From the NCBI GenBank assembly GCA_050273025.1, contig CP158635.1, positions 13,206,001 to 13,270,000 of the forward strand: a DNA stretch of 64,000 nucleotides, read 5' to 3'. How positions within the stretch are numbered: the stretch's first letter is position 1; each line of letters starts with the position of its first letter. A program made the position numbers and the translations under genes. Below are positions 40,471-53,100 of the stretch, piece after piece. The notes under the pieces are model-generated. The model was not told the DNA's origin and searched no databases. It worked only from the letters and a program-made list of their open reading frames with translations. The DNA is from Cenococcum geophilum (taxonomy: Eukaryota).

Positions 40471-41609
40471 AAAATTTGCGCAAGGTTGCCGCGGGTATTA
40501 AAAGGGGTAGGGAAATTTTGTGATAAGCGTTCTTAACTAAGGCGTAGTATAAGGGATTTGCCTACTAACTTAGAGGTTTAAGGATATTGTTTAATTAATT
40601 ATAGAGAAGATGTTCTATAGCCTTTAATAAGTTAGAGGTTTGCTATCCGGAAGCACTATTACACTCTTATATGTCTATATACTCTCTGCCTACTAACCCG
40701 CAACTGCTATAAGTATTTCCAACCGCCCTACATTCTAGCCTTCTAGCTAATTTAACTGGTAATCTTATTTATTATCCGTTTTCTAGTTAAAGCTACCTCC
40801 TAATAAATAGTTTAACTAAAGTCTAGAGTTTAAGCAGATTCGTTTTCCACTTGGCTAAGAAAAGGGGAGGACTTATTTAGCTAAGCTTAACTAGGCTAGA
40901 CTAATACAGTTTAGAGGGTAATTAACTTACTATTTCTACTAGAATATAGAAAAAGAGATACTTATAAGAGGAGCGAACGCTAACTTGTTAAATACCCCAC
41001 TTATATAGATTAACTTACACTAATTAAACTAGTTTATTATCTCCTATATAAATATTAAAATTTCGGGATATTATCTATTCTATAGCCATTAAATAAATAG
41101 GAGTACCTCGCTTATATTTATTATTTAAAAATCTTTTATAAAGTAGGATATAAGAGCCGATATCCTAGAGGTCTTTAGACTAGCTTAAATAATAAGATAC
41201 TTAATCCTGAATAGAAGACGTCGTCTAGCTATAGGCTCTTTAGAAAAGTTCTTTAATCTCCAAAACTCTTCTATACGTCTACCTTTTACAAAAGCAGATA
41301 TATCCTTAATTAATATCTAAAGTTTTAATCTGCCGTAAGTGGCTATTTCCTACTAATTAAAATTATTCGCCAAGTTTCGATTAGTAAGGTAAGTTTAAAA
41401 ACGTCTTCTAAGTAAATTATAGCCGTTAAATTTAACTATATTATCAGTCCTCCAATCTTTTATTTTCCCCTTTTTATTAACAAAAAAAGCAAAAGCTGCT
41501 CCATTTAGGATATATACGCGGATTTCTTTAAGGCTTAATTACAATTTTAGGATTAATTTTCTATAACTAGTGTTTTTATTTAGTTCCTTAATAGTAATAG
41601 TAAGTAGGG

Positions 41610-42000
41610 GAGGTAAAGTAGGAGGGGAGGGTTAAGTAGGTTTGTAGTTAGGGGTGGCTAAATAACTAGCCTTATCCTCTTACGTACTTTTATATTCTGA
41701 AGAAGGTAAAACAGGTAGGGGGGGTTAAGTAGGTTCGCAGTTAGAGGTAGCTAAATAACTAGCCTTATTCTCTTAGGTGCTTTTATATCCTAAAGGAGGT
41801 ATAGTAGTTAGGGAAAGTTACGCAGTCGGTTTGTAGTTAGAGGTAGCTAAATAACTAGCCTCTTTCTCTTAGGTGCCTTCGTGCTTTAAGGAAGGTAAAA
41901 TAGGCAGAAAAAGACGTTGGATATATTTATGGCTAAAGGTAGCTAGCGGGTTAGCCTCGTCCCCTTAAATGCTTTTATTCTTAAAAGGTAGTAAAATAAG
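41610..42000. repeat. 93-96-bp tandem repeat (~4 copies) within a minus-strand Pro/Ser-rich coding region
   Basis: gctaaataactagcc recurs at 41657, 41750, 41846; minus frame EDKASYLATPNYKPT*PSPP. Confidence 0.85.
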
Positions 42001-42212
42001 TTTTAAAGGTAATATATTAAGCCTCTTAGAGGCTAAACGCAACTAAGGAAGACAACGCTGGATTTCTAAAGGAGTGGTATTAAAAAGAATATCTATAAAT
42101 AGACCTAAAATGTAACCTAAGTCTAAAGATACAAATAAACTTATAATAATGGCTAGTGAGTTATTAAAAGGTCTAGTTAATATAAGGGGGTTAGGAATAT
42201 CTTAGGTTAGGA

Positions 42213-42266
42213 CCCTATCGCTAAGTTACCAAGTTTTTTAAAAAACTTGGCGACTTAGCGATAGGG
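42213..42266. repeat. 54-bp spacerless palindrome (27-bp arms)
   Basis: ccctatcgctaagttaccaagtttttt|aaaaaacttggcgacttagcgataggg; the only mismatches are one CG>TA transition pair. Confidence 0.95.
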
Positions 42267-44268
42267 GTTTTTTAGCGCTAGTGCGCTAATCTAGGTAACG
42301 CGGCAACAGGACACGCATATAGGACTTTAACCTTTGGCGATATGCTCGTTAATTAATATTCCTTCCGTATAAGCATTCCGGAATGTTTGCGATCTATAAG
42401 TATATACTTTTCCAAGCTATCTCCATTAGTCGATTAATCTCTACTACCTATAGTGGAAAGAACTAACCTTATTCTTCACTATACTCTCTAATTAGAGTAA
42501 GATATGCTGCGAGATTAAAGGGGCTAAACCATTAGCTGCGGATATGCCCTCTTAAACTGGGATTTTAACGCCTTAATAGGAATCGGCGAGCGGCTTTATA
42601 AACGTTAAGTATAGATTTTAGTTTTATATTTGCGGCATACTCTACTAGCACTCCCTAAAAAAGAAAGAGGTAATTACTATCGCGATATCTTATTATTAGG
42701 GAAACTAACTTTAGCTTATAGGGGAGGGTAGTTCTTAATTAATCCTCGGATATGTCTAAATCTTAAATAGCGTAGTAAGAGGAGGACGGACGCTTGGTAA
42801 TATATAGAGCAATTACGCCCCGGCGGCTAGAGATGCACGTTAACTATATAGTTGCCCCATTACCTTAAGGCCTTACCAATTCTCCCCGCTTTGTATTCCC
42901 CCGCATTCGCGCCCTACCACTTAAAGTATTAGGCTAATTGTTATTTGCCCTGTTTCTATAGCATTAGGCTAAGGCTAATATATAATACACTTATTAATAT
43001 AGATTCTGTTCTTCCCCTTATTATTATTATACTTATAGCCTACGTAGTCGCGACCTTTAGCAGCATTTATACCATTCTTATTGCTAAAAGCCCTTTTATA
43101 ACCTATATTACGCCTTATCTAATTACTTATAACATAGTGCATTTTATTATCCTTACTATAGTATATAGATTATTATTAGGTATTAGGTAGTAGGATAAGT
43201 TAAACTAGGCCCTTCTAAAGGCTGCTTTACTTCTTATAACTACTTTAGAGGTAAGTATAAAGCCTAAGTCCTTTATGTATAACTAATACCTACTTAAATT
43301 TTTACAGCAACTATTTTTCTTCCCTTAAGTGTAAAGAATATATCCCTTATAGGTATTCTAAGATAGGTATATCTACTTAGGAGTTCGGTTATTATAGTAC
43401 TAGGGGTATTTTTAATGATATATTTTGCGATTATATATATAAAAATTCTAAATTAGGGCTCTAACACTGACTTTGCCGAAGTGGAACTACTGCTATAAAA
43501 ACTAAGGTATATTGCGGAATACTGGCTATCCTTCTCCTTAGGAGCGTAACTATCCTTTCCTTCTATATAGACTACTGTAAGTCTATATTTGGCTTATAAG
43601 CCGCAATAATTAGAGATTAGGGTTGGCTGCAAGCTGACTTATACAGATTTTTCGTTATCGCGATTAGTATAGCTATAGGCGTGTTATTGAAATTCCCGGA
43701 ATAAGGTTATAATATAAACTAGGTATATCTTTATAAACTACTTCTCTTTTAATTACTAACATTTACAGGTCCTTTTTTTAATAATATCCGTTTTAAACCT
43801 TCGCATTATACTATATAGTGGTATTAGATACTTTAAACCGTCCTCTTCCCCGGATTAATATACTGGTAAAGATAATATATTAACTGTCGATCTACGCTTA
43901 ATAACTGCTAGTAAATCATCTGTTAATATAGATTTAGAATTAATATCTCCTCCTCCTTCTTCTCTTTTTTTACTAGTTTATAAAACCAAGTCACCGGATA
44001 GGATCTACCGTTATCTATACTCTTAGATTACGTAGGGAAATGTTCCCCTTATCGTATTACCAGTTTATTATTTAGCGCCACTAAAGCCTAAATAAAACAA
44101 TTTCAGGGGGATCTACTACTTGGGTTAGCCGCTTACCGTAAGCTTCGTTAGCGTTTTTATTTAGATAGCGAAGTTATAACTAATATCGCCTATAAAACAA
44201 TTTGTATATTTAGCAAGGAAGAATAAATGTATTTCTATACCTATGACGATTTTAATAAAGACTATAAC

Positions 44269-44441
44269 TGTTGGTCACACAGGGTGACTTACTAATGCTA
44301 CTTAAGTAGATATAGTGAATGTTGGTTATAAAGCTTGTTGTTTAGAATTAGGGGGTAGGTGAGGAACTTAAGGTTCCTTACTACGCTAGTGCCGCGGCAA
44401 CACGTGACGATACGTGATGACTGCTTGCCTTATTCCCGACA
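44269..44441 (-). repeat. 3' LTR (left copy)
   Basis: tgttggtcacacagggtgac...ttattcccgaca; the differences from the right LTR that I checked are transitions. Confidence 0.93.
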
Positions 44442-44803
44442 CTAGCAACTCTTTTTTTATGGTTGCCATCTATATATACTTGTAGATTGCTAATATATAA
44501 AGATACAAAGCTAAGGAAAAGAAGAAGAAGAAAAGAAAGGACGTTAGGGTTTAATATAAAGATAAGGGGGCCGCTAAGGCGCTAGTAGTAAGCGAGCCAA
44601 TAGCGATTTTCTATCCCAGGGATGGAAAATCCTAATTGGCTAGCGGACGTTAGGGTCGGCAGAATATGGTAGAATTTAGTAGGTAGCACGCCCTAGGAAA
44701 CTACGTTGTTAAAATAGGGTTGCGGAGCTAGCGGAGTGTAACTAGATACGGCTAGCTCGAGCAAATGGGAACAATAGTTAACTAATAGGAATGCTCTTAA
44801 ATT

Positions 44804-44865
44804 GCCTTTGTCATCGCATCTGCCGGGTTATCTTGGCCATTAATTCATTAAATCCTAAATAGTTC
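44804..44865 (-). pseudogene. Copia RNase H C-terminal remnant
   Basis: ELFRI**INGQDNPADAMTKA matches the Copia EIRWI.G..NPADAMTK motif. Confidence 0.85.
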
Positions 44866-44872
44866 TTAATGC

Positions 44873-45095
44873 TCTACGAGGACCTCCACGAGGACCTCTG
44901 CGAGAACCTCCACGAGAAACTCCGCGAGGACCTTCACAAGGACCTCCATAAGGACCTCCACGAGGATCTCTACGAGAACCTCCACGAGGACCTCTATGAG
45001 GACCTCTATAAGAACATCCACGAGGACCTCTATAAGGACCTCCACGAGGACCTCCGCGAGGACCTCTATGAGGATCTCCACAAGAACCTCTATAA
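44873..45095. repeat. 12-bp tandem repeat (gaggacctccac), ~18 copies, inside the LTR element
   Basis: Directly visible; produces the HEDL/VEVL ORFs in the track. Confidence 0.95.
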
Positions 45096-45179
45096 GTGCT
45101 TTATGGCTGGCATTGATCGTACCCTCTACTATATTCTAATTCCTTATAAAACTTCTTCTCCTGGTCTGAATAGAGCTTT

Positions 45180-45937
45180 GTAAGCTCTATAAGTAAGGGC
45201 TATGGTAGGAACGTAGAGCTTAATAGAATAGGGCATAGTACCTAATCTTACTATAGCGGAGTTTGGAGGTTATTAGATCGCGAAGCAAGGGGATCTTATG
45301 CTTGCTCTTAAGGGGCAGTAGTTAAAGTTGCGAGTTAAATTAGCGGATACTAGGGAACTGAAGATGGAGGTAGAAGCGATAGATACGGAACTAAAGACAG
45401 AGGTAGAAGTGATGGGTACGGAACTAAAGACGGAGGTAGAAGCGATAGATGTGGAGCTAAAGATAGAGGCGGAAGTGTCTCTAGTGGTATATTGCTTAGA
45501 TTCCCTCGTAAGTTAAGCTTCTTTTGGTGCTTAATCTCTTGTAGATTCTATTATAAGCTAAGCTTCTTTTAGTGCTTAATCTCTTGTGGAGTCCATTCAT
45601 GTTCTTCTTTTACGTTAATAATATACTCCTAAATGTTATCTCTAATAATACCTCTATCCATTGGGATAAATACTCTGTTCTCCCAAAGGAAGTTACGGAA
45701 GTTTTATATAATAGTCTTCTTCGCAAGAGCCTATGTTTCCTTTGTCTATCCTATAAAGTCCTCCTTTATATAATACTATAGCACAGTGTTGTTGTATTTG
45801 CTGTCTATATAGTATACTATACGGTATAATAAGAATCTGTTTAGGTTCTGTTGCTTAGTATTTATAGGGTTAATATCTCTATTCCATATCTCTGGGTTAA
45901 TATCTTTTTCGTACTTCTTTAGGTAGGTTAACGCTAT
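45180..45937 (-). pseudogene. Gag-like N-terminal region of the Copia-derived element
   Basis: ALTYLKKYEKDINPEIWNRD..RFLLYRIVYYIDSKY..VL*YYIKEDFIG*TKET*ALAKK..NFRNFLWENRVF..HEWTPQEI, then Pro-rich repeats; position downstream of the 5' LTR fits gag. Confidence 0.6.
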
Positions 45938-46437
45938 AGTAGGTGTAGTTAAGTATTAATTATATATTCTTATAAGATACTGTTAATTAATAGGTAGGCA
46001 ATCGAGATTTATGTAAGGCAGCTGTTGAACTATAGCTGCCGATTTGTAGAGGTAGAATCGACGGGGGGTTGTACGTCGACAGTAGGTAGGAATTTTGGCT
46101 TTGTAGGATCTCGTAGGTTTGCTGTTAAAAGGTAGGCAATTTGAGATGTAGTCGACGCGTTTCGGACGTTGACTTGGGACCGTAGGTTCAGTGACACTTT
46201 TAACCTATAGTACTTAACCAAATCTTTATAAACGTAGTTATTCTACGTAATGGACGCAACTTAGTATCTCCTAGTACTTAGTGACACTTCTATTACTAGT
46301 TTTTCGCAAGTCTAAGGTAGCATAGTATCGCCGGGATCTATTCTATATAAGCGTATATGGCACCCCTATACGAGACTGTCTCTTCTATTAATAACCTAGC
46401 TGCTCTATAGTTGACTGTATATTTAACCACTAATCAG

Positions 46438-46610
46438 TGTTGGTTATATAGGGTAACTCACTAATGCTACTTAAGTAGATATAGTGAATGTTGGTTATAA
46501 AGCTTGTTGTTTGGAATTAGGGGGTGGGTGAGGAACTTAAGGTTCCTCACCACGCTAGTGCCGCGGCGACACGTGACGATACGTGACGACCGCTTGCCTT
46601 ATTCCCGACA
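46438..46610 (-). repeat. 5' LTR (right copy)
   Basis: tgttggttatatagggtaac...ttattcccgaca followed by TSD ataac. Confidence 0.93.
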
Positions 46611-47710
46611 ATAACATCGTTATAAGTCTACAGTTCTTTAAGCTAGGAGGAACTAAGGAAATCGAGAAAATGGAGACTACTGTTATGCAATTAATATTTA
46701 TCTTATGTTTTCTCTGGCGGGATCTTAATAGTAGTTATAGGTGTTATAAATTCCTACTATTAGTAGATTAGATCTCTATACGTAATTGCGATTAACTTTT
46801 TTATATTTTAGTTAAACCGCCTCTGCTATAATATAAGAAATCTACAATTCTATTCCTATAGTCATTCGTTAAATTAAGTTAATAAAGGCAATATCCGTCT
46901 AACCTTTATTTTACTAACTAAACTAGTAAAGTCACCGCCTGTCTAAATTAGCGATAAAGCGCTACTAGACTAATTTGCTGGAGTACCTGTTTATAATAGT
47001 TCCGATAGTGCCCTTATCCGGCTAATAAATTACGCCTCCCTATACTTCCTCTAGCAGTCTCTTACTATTTAGCTTAGCAGTCCTCTCTCTAACCTATATA
47101 TTTATCTAAAATAGGTCACTTGGCCTTTTTAGCTTAATCCGTCGACGGTATATATATAACGTTTTATACTTTACTTAGTACTTACCTCTTCCCCATCGTG
47201 TTTATTGGTTATTTCAGCTATTGTTATACATTTTCTCTTAGTCCTATTAAATAGTTAACTATTAGGCACTAAACACTAACAAGCTAAATATTAAAGATCT
47301 CGTTTTCCCCTCTTATAGCCCTCCGTAGACGTTAAATACTATTTTCTTAACTTTACCTAGAGCCTAAAGTTCTGTAACCTAGAAATAAGGCAGCCGTAAC
47401 TCCTCTAAGTCACTCTTTAGATATAAAATCTTCTTAATATTTGTACTTAGATAAGACATTCTTTAATACTAAAGAGGAATAAACTATACAACCTTATAAA
47501 GAAGAGTACTACTTTATACCCCCTTATAGAAACCTGTTACATTGGTTTAGATCCTTCTCTAATAAGTACTAAAAGATGTTATAAAACCAGCAAACGAGTG
47601 ACTAGTAGTTTAGAGGACGAGTGGAGTTACTAAGACTAAGGGGAGAGGCATTGCGAGTAAAAGGAGATAAATAGTTAGAGGTAAAGGATCCTAGTAAGAG
47701 ATAAAGGATC

Positions 47711-48172
47711 CAGAACATGCTTATATAGCGACAATTCCGTAAGTAAGGCTCCGTCTACCTTTTTATATTACCCTTAAGATTGTTTATTAATAACGTATCG
47801 CCTCTATAGGAGAGAAGAAATAAAATAAAATAAAAAGAAGAGATAAAACAAGAGGTTAAAAATCAGAATATACTTATATAGCGACGATTCCGTAAGTAAG
47901 GCTCCGTCTACCTTTTTATATTACCCTTAAGATCGTTTATTAACAACGCATCGCCTCTATAGGAGAGAAGAAATAAAAAAAACAAAAAGAAGGGATAGAA
48001 TAAGAGGTTGAAAATCAGAACATGCTTATATAGCGACGATTCCGTAAGTAAGGCTCCGTCTACCTTTTTATATTACCCTTAAGATCGTTTATTAATAACG
48101 CATCGCCTCTATAGGAGAGAAGAAACTAAGAGAACAAAAAGAAGAGATAGAATAAGAGGTTGAAAATTAGAA
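47711..48172. repeat. ~152-bp tandem repeat, 3 copies
   Basis: cagaacatgcttatatagcgac(a/g)attccgtaagtaaggctccg.. starts at 47711, 47864, 48016. Confidence 0.95.
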
Positions 48173-48489
48173 GCAAGTAGGCAGTTCCTATGCTTCCCTT
48201 AAGCTAAGAGATCTTAATCTAGGCCATAAACTATCCGGACTTCCTTAGGGAGGCATCTCTATGCGGCACATTATTAAGACCAGAAAAACCAAAGAATAGA
48301 ACTTACAGCAAAGTTCCCATAAGAATTCTATATACGCCGCCGCTTTATAAATAAGAGGGAGCTCGCGGTAAGCAGCCCCTTTAGTATAAGTTTTTCCTTT
48401 ATATCCTATTATAACATTAACTAACCCCTTAATAGACTTGGCCTATGCTTTACGGATTAGTTTACCTAAGGATATTTAGTATAAGCTAG

Positions 48490-48670
48490 GTATAGAGCTT
48501 TGTATAAAGCTTTATATAGAGCTTTATATAGAGCCTCCATAGAGCTTTATATAGAGCCTCTATATATAGAGCTTGGTATAGAGCTTACCTAGCGTAAAGC
48601 CTTTATACGTAGAGCCTTATATAGAGCCTCGTAGAGCTTCGTGCAGAGCTTCTACTAAGCTTTATATCTA
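48490..48670. repeat. Degenerate short tandem repeat (tagagctttata / gcagagcttcgt)
   Basis: About 12 agagc(t/c) cores at ~12-14-bp spacing. Confidence 0.8.
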
Positions 48671-49299
48671 TATAATATTACTTATCCTTAGGATATTTAG
48701 ATAAAAGTGCTACCATTTTAAAGCGCTTTATAAGGTCTATAAATCCGTACTAATAGAAAAATTATTTATTTAATATTAGGGGGTTTATTATAAGTATAAG
48801 TATATTAGGGTATTTTGCTAAGACTATCTGGATAGTCTTCGGATACTATTAGTTAATAGGTCTATTATCTAAGAGGCCTATCCAGCCTCTCCTCCGCAGG
48901 TCTAGACTAAAGAAATCCTTATTATTTTCCCGTTTTTTAGTTCTATTTTCGGTTTCCTAAATCTAATCCCAACTTCGAAATATTTTTTTATATTTAACGT
49001 TTAGTAAAAATAAGTAATAATGGTCTAATAAAATAAATACCTCTTACGCCACCTCTTCTTCTATAGATATGTTTTAAACCCTTTTACGGTAAAGGGTAAT
49101 CTACCTTATATTTGCTAGGTTAAGTTATAGGACTTATATCCTTAAAATATACTTTAATACTACCACACAGCCAGCTACTTAGATAGTAAGCCTTCTACTA
49201 CCGGATTTCTATTAATTATTTAGATCTTAATAGTATGGAGCTAATATATATGTCTCTCTTCGTCTAGAAATGCTACTGCTTTTATTAATAAACGAATTA

Positions 49300-50180
49300 C
49301 CACAGCGCTCTAAAAGTTTAGCGTTATTATAGGCTATAGAATGTAGATAAGAAGCGGAGTTTTATATTCTACTAGAAGTAGGAGCTAATATCTAAGCGAT
49401 AGACGATTTTGGTTGGACGCCGCTGTTACTGGCTACGAGTAATGGTTATAAGGTGGTGGTAAAGCTACTTCTTATATGGGATAATATTGATCTAAACTCC
49501 GAGGATAAATTTAGGGCTACGCCACTATTATTAGCTGCAGAATATAGAAGTAAGGTAGTAGTAGAGCTACTGCTTATACAGGATAACGTTAACCTAGATC
49601 CTAAGAGCGCTCTTAAAAATATATTGCTGTTATAGGCCGCGATAAACGGGTATAAGGGGGTAGTAAAGCTACTACTCGCGCAGGATAGTATTAGCCTAAA
49701 TCTTAAAGGCTTCTATAATTAAACACCACTATTAGCGGCTATGGAACACGAGTACGAGGTAATAGTAAAGCTATTGCTAATAAAGGACAGCATTAGCCTA
49801 AACTCTACTAATATTAAAGGTCGGACTCCGCTCTTATAGGCTATAGAGAGTAGATAAGAGGGGATAGTAAAGCTACTGCTTATATAGAAAGGCGTCAACT
49901 TTAATTCTAAGGATAGTAATAGTCGAACACTACTCTTATAGGCTACTTAATAGGCACATAAGACTGTAGTAAAACTATTACTTAAGGATGGCGTTAACGC
50001 GAAATCTAAGGATAAATATAGCAAAACGCCGTTATAGTAGGCAGCGGAGGGCTAACATAAAATAAGAGAAATGTATTTATTAAATACGCGGCTAGTAGGG
50101 TTAATAAATAAGATATATAAGCTAGTGGTTTAGCTACTACTTAGAAAGGATAATAATATAGACTTCGACACTATATATAC
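49300..50180 (+). pseudogene. Ankyrin-repeat protein (~7 repeats)
   Basis: GANI*AIDDFGWTPLLLATSNGYKVVVKLLL..DNIDLNSED; GRTPLL*AIES..EGIVKLLL; KDKYSKTPL**AAEG. Confidence 0.93.
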
Positions 50181-53100
50181 TTAACTTTTATTAGAAAACT
50201 AGTCACTAAGAAAGAGTAAAGGCTACGGTTAACTTCCTTATGCTAAGCAAACTGTTGTCGCTAACTCTAGCATCATTCTCTCCCTTATCCTCTCCCCACC
50301 TATATTCGTGCCAGCTGCCTCCTAATTTCGCATCACATTAAGTTATAGGGGCGTAGCCTCATCTAAGAGATATCTGGCGATCTCTTAGTAGATCGCGTAA
50401 GAGCCCCACTATATTAAAACCTTATACGTTATAGAACGAACTAAAACTAATAGGTATAATTAGTTATGGACCTGAAAACGCTATATATCCACGCTATTTA
50501 TTAAAAATTTACCGCCTATTTCTATCACTTACCATCCCTTTTTAAAAATTTATTATTTATTAACCTTTTTTAAGTAAATATGCCGCATTTAAGATCCTAA
50601 TTTATATGGTCTTGGCGCTTAAAGCAGCACCAAACGATTAAGCTATAGCGCCCACATTATTCCCACCTGCGCCCCTTACCTTACTATATTCGCTAAGACC
50701 GGAACAATAGGGCTTTTTTTTTAAAATTTAGGAAGTTACGTGATGCTATTACCGCCAACAATTAAACTTTTAAATTTATTGTTTACTATTTCTTTAAGCG
50801 TTCTAATAGCCCTTCTAATAGGCCTTTAATGGGCCCATTTTACCTTTAATTAATAAAGGAATTATTATTAGCTCTCTCTATTATCGCTATCTCCTTTAGT
50901 TTTTATTTTTTTTTACCTATAGCAGACTGCGCTAACTCCGCGCTTCAACAGCTACCTCTAAACCTTTACTAACTATCCTCTAAAGTACTTGCTTATTAGA
51001 TTAAGCCTAAAGCCTTAACGTCTACTATTAGAGACATTTTTTACTTTCTTTAGGCGCAAGATAAATATTCCTACGAGTATCCTCAATCTCGGATTTAATT
51101 AGCATTTATCCTTCTACTTTTAATTCACCATAGATTATAAGCGACCCACTATTTCCCGAAAGGACTCCACTATTGGGATTTTAGCTTATTTATAACCACG
51201 TATTAATATAATATACGTTTCCTATTACTATTAAATTGCAGTATAGAACCTAAATTAAAAAAGCGATTAAATAAGTAGGTTTACCTAAAATATACCTATA
51301 ACTGCTCCTTACCGTAATTAGGGTCACGATAGTGCTTATAAATAATCTATCTAAATAAGACATATATCTGGTTACCCTTTTTTTAGCCTTTACAATCGCC
51401 AATAGCGTTATTTAGGGAATCCGAAGTGTATTAGATCTATCTCTACTTTAATCTAATACCTTAAATAGATTCTTCTAATTATCCTTTAATACGGACATGG
51501 ATAAGGTTCCTATACTGCGACTAATATACCCTATAGGGAGTATAGCGGCCAACTCTATAATAAAACTAGTAGTGCTATAAGATATAATTAAAGAGCTCGC
51601 AAAACGCGGGTACTATAAGCGCACATTAACGGCCTTACTAAAGGATAACTATAGAGCCTATAGGAAAGAAGCAAACGCGTGAAAAAGTAAGGCAATATAT
51701 TATTTATGCAGTTCTATACTAACATTTTAAAACTAATAAAAGCTATTAGACAAGCTACTATTAAGCTAGTTATATTCGCAAGAGGACAAAAAGAGTAAAT
51801 TTTAAGCCTTTTATGGTCGAACTTAGTTCCTATAGAGGTTACTAGTGCTTAAACTTTCAAAGCTAAGCTTAGGGATATTAAATTGCCTTAAAATCTTAAA
51901 TATCTACTAAAATATAAGCCCTTAAGATATGAAGTTATTTACAGCTTTTATCGTAATCGGCATTATACCCTTAGTGAAGCTATTTAACCGTTAGTGGAAA
52001 TGGCAAATGGCGCACAATATACCGTTTATTTTCCGGAGGCTAAGCCTAATATTATAGGTTGCTGTCTATAGTGTAAAAAGCGCCTCCTAAAGTAAGACTT
52101 TAGCTTAGTATAGGAAGGCGTTTGCTTATCTTTTTAATAGGATTCTAATAAAGTTATATCTACTCCGTTGCTGCTAAAAGAGCAAAGCTTTAGCTGCTAA
52201 GGAAATTTTAACAGCGTAACTTAAAGACTGCGTGCTAAAATGCCTTTAGGCTGGCTGCTCTACTTTATTTAAGTATACTAGCATTAATATTGCCAAATAG
52301 GTTATATCCTATATTACTAGCTATTTGCTATCTATAGCCCTAGAGTGTTGTTTATAGAACGGGTGCCTCCGCCCTATAGAAAACTATATTAAGCTTAGCT
52401 TATACCTCTTTTAGGACTATAGCGTTCTATATAAGCTAACTTTACTAATAAGCGTATATTTCTGTTATAAATATTCTCTATAAATAGAATTAGACTTAAA
52501 TTGGGCTAATTATTGTTCTGGCCACCTTTAAACCCCTCCTATATTCTATGGCCTTATATATACTTACGGAATTATTGCTATTGCTAGGCGCTGCCTATTT
52601 TGCTTTAGCTAGTTAGAATATTAACAATTTCTAAAGCCGTGTTACTTTAACGTATATATTAATTAGTATATAAATAAGTTACCTAAGGGGCCAGCAGACT
52701 GTTTAGTGTGTAAGCATACCTCCTAGAATCCTTATAAGTTGCGAAGTCACTTAGACAAAATCCATAGAGTTTATCCTATAGGTATAGGAAAGAGCCTAAA
52801 ACGTAAAAGAGAGAGAAATAACGGAGAAGGAGATATACAATTTTACGCTAGTAAGATATAATATTTATTAGATATTTAAATAATGTAATACTATTTTATT
52901 TTATAATTATTTGCCGTATATTCCTACTTAACCTAAATTATAATAAAAATATATTTATATCCCAGTTTCTAAATTTATTAATTTTGTTTTTAGAATATAT
53001 TCTATAAATAAAATCTAGATCTTAGTTAATGGATTTAGAATATAGTTTCTTAAACGGCTTAACTTTATATATATATCTGCTAGCTAAGCCGTTTTTACTA

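Larger units (their letters stand above)
44269..46610 (-). mobile_element. Non-autonomous Copia-derived LTR retroelement (2342 bp; gag-like frame, pol deleted)
   Basis: 173-bp TG..CA direct repeats at 44269-44441 and 46438-46610; 5-bp TSD ATAAC (44264-44268, 46611-46615); purine tract next to the left LTR on the minus strand; Copia RNase H tail motif. Confidence 0.93.

Noticed and set aside
42945..44000. Hydrophobic plus-strand ORF as a membrane protein or GPCR
   Set aside because: RIP inflates Ile/Leu/Tyr codons and mimics hydrophobicity; no family motif recognised.
44869..45781. Plus-strand ORFs (HEDL repeat; MRVKLAD..; MLNLLWS..)
   Set aside because: Products of the tandem repeat and antisense of the minus-strand gag-like frame.
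46583..46771. ORF MTTACLIPD..
   Set aside because: Spans the LTR/TSD junction into flanking DNA; chance ORF.
50253..50460. Possible solo LTR starting tgttgtcg with a small hairpin (gcgatct..agatcgc)
   Set aside because: No matching TSD or clear CA end found.
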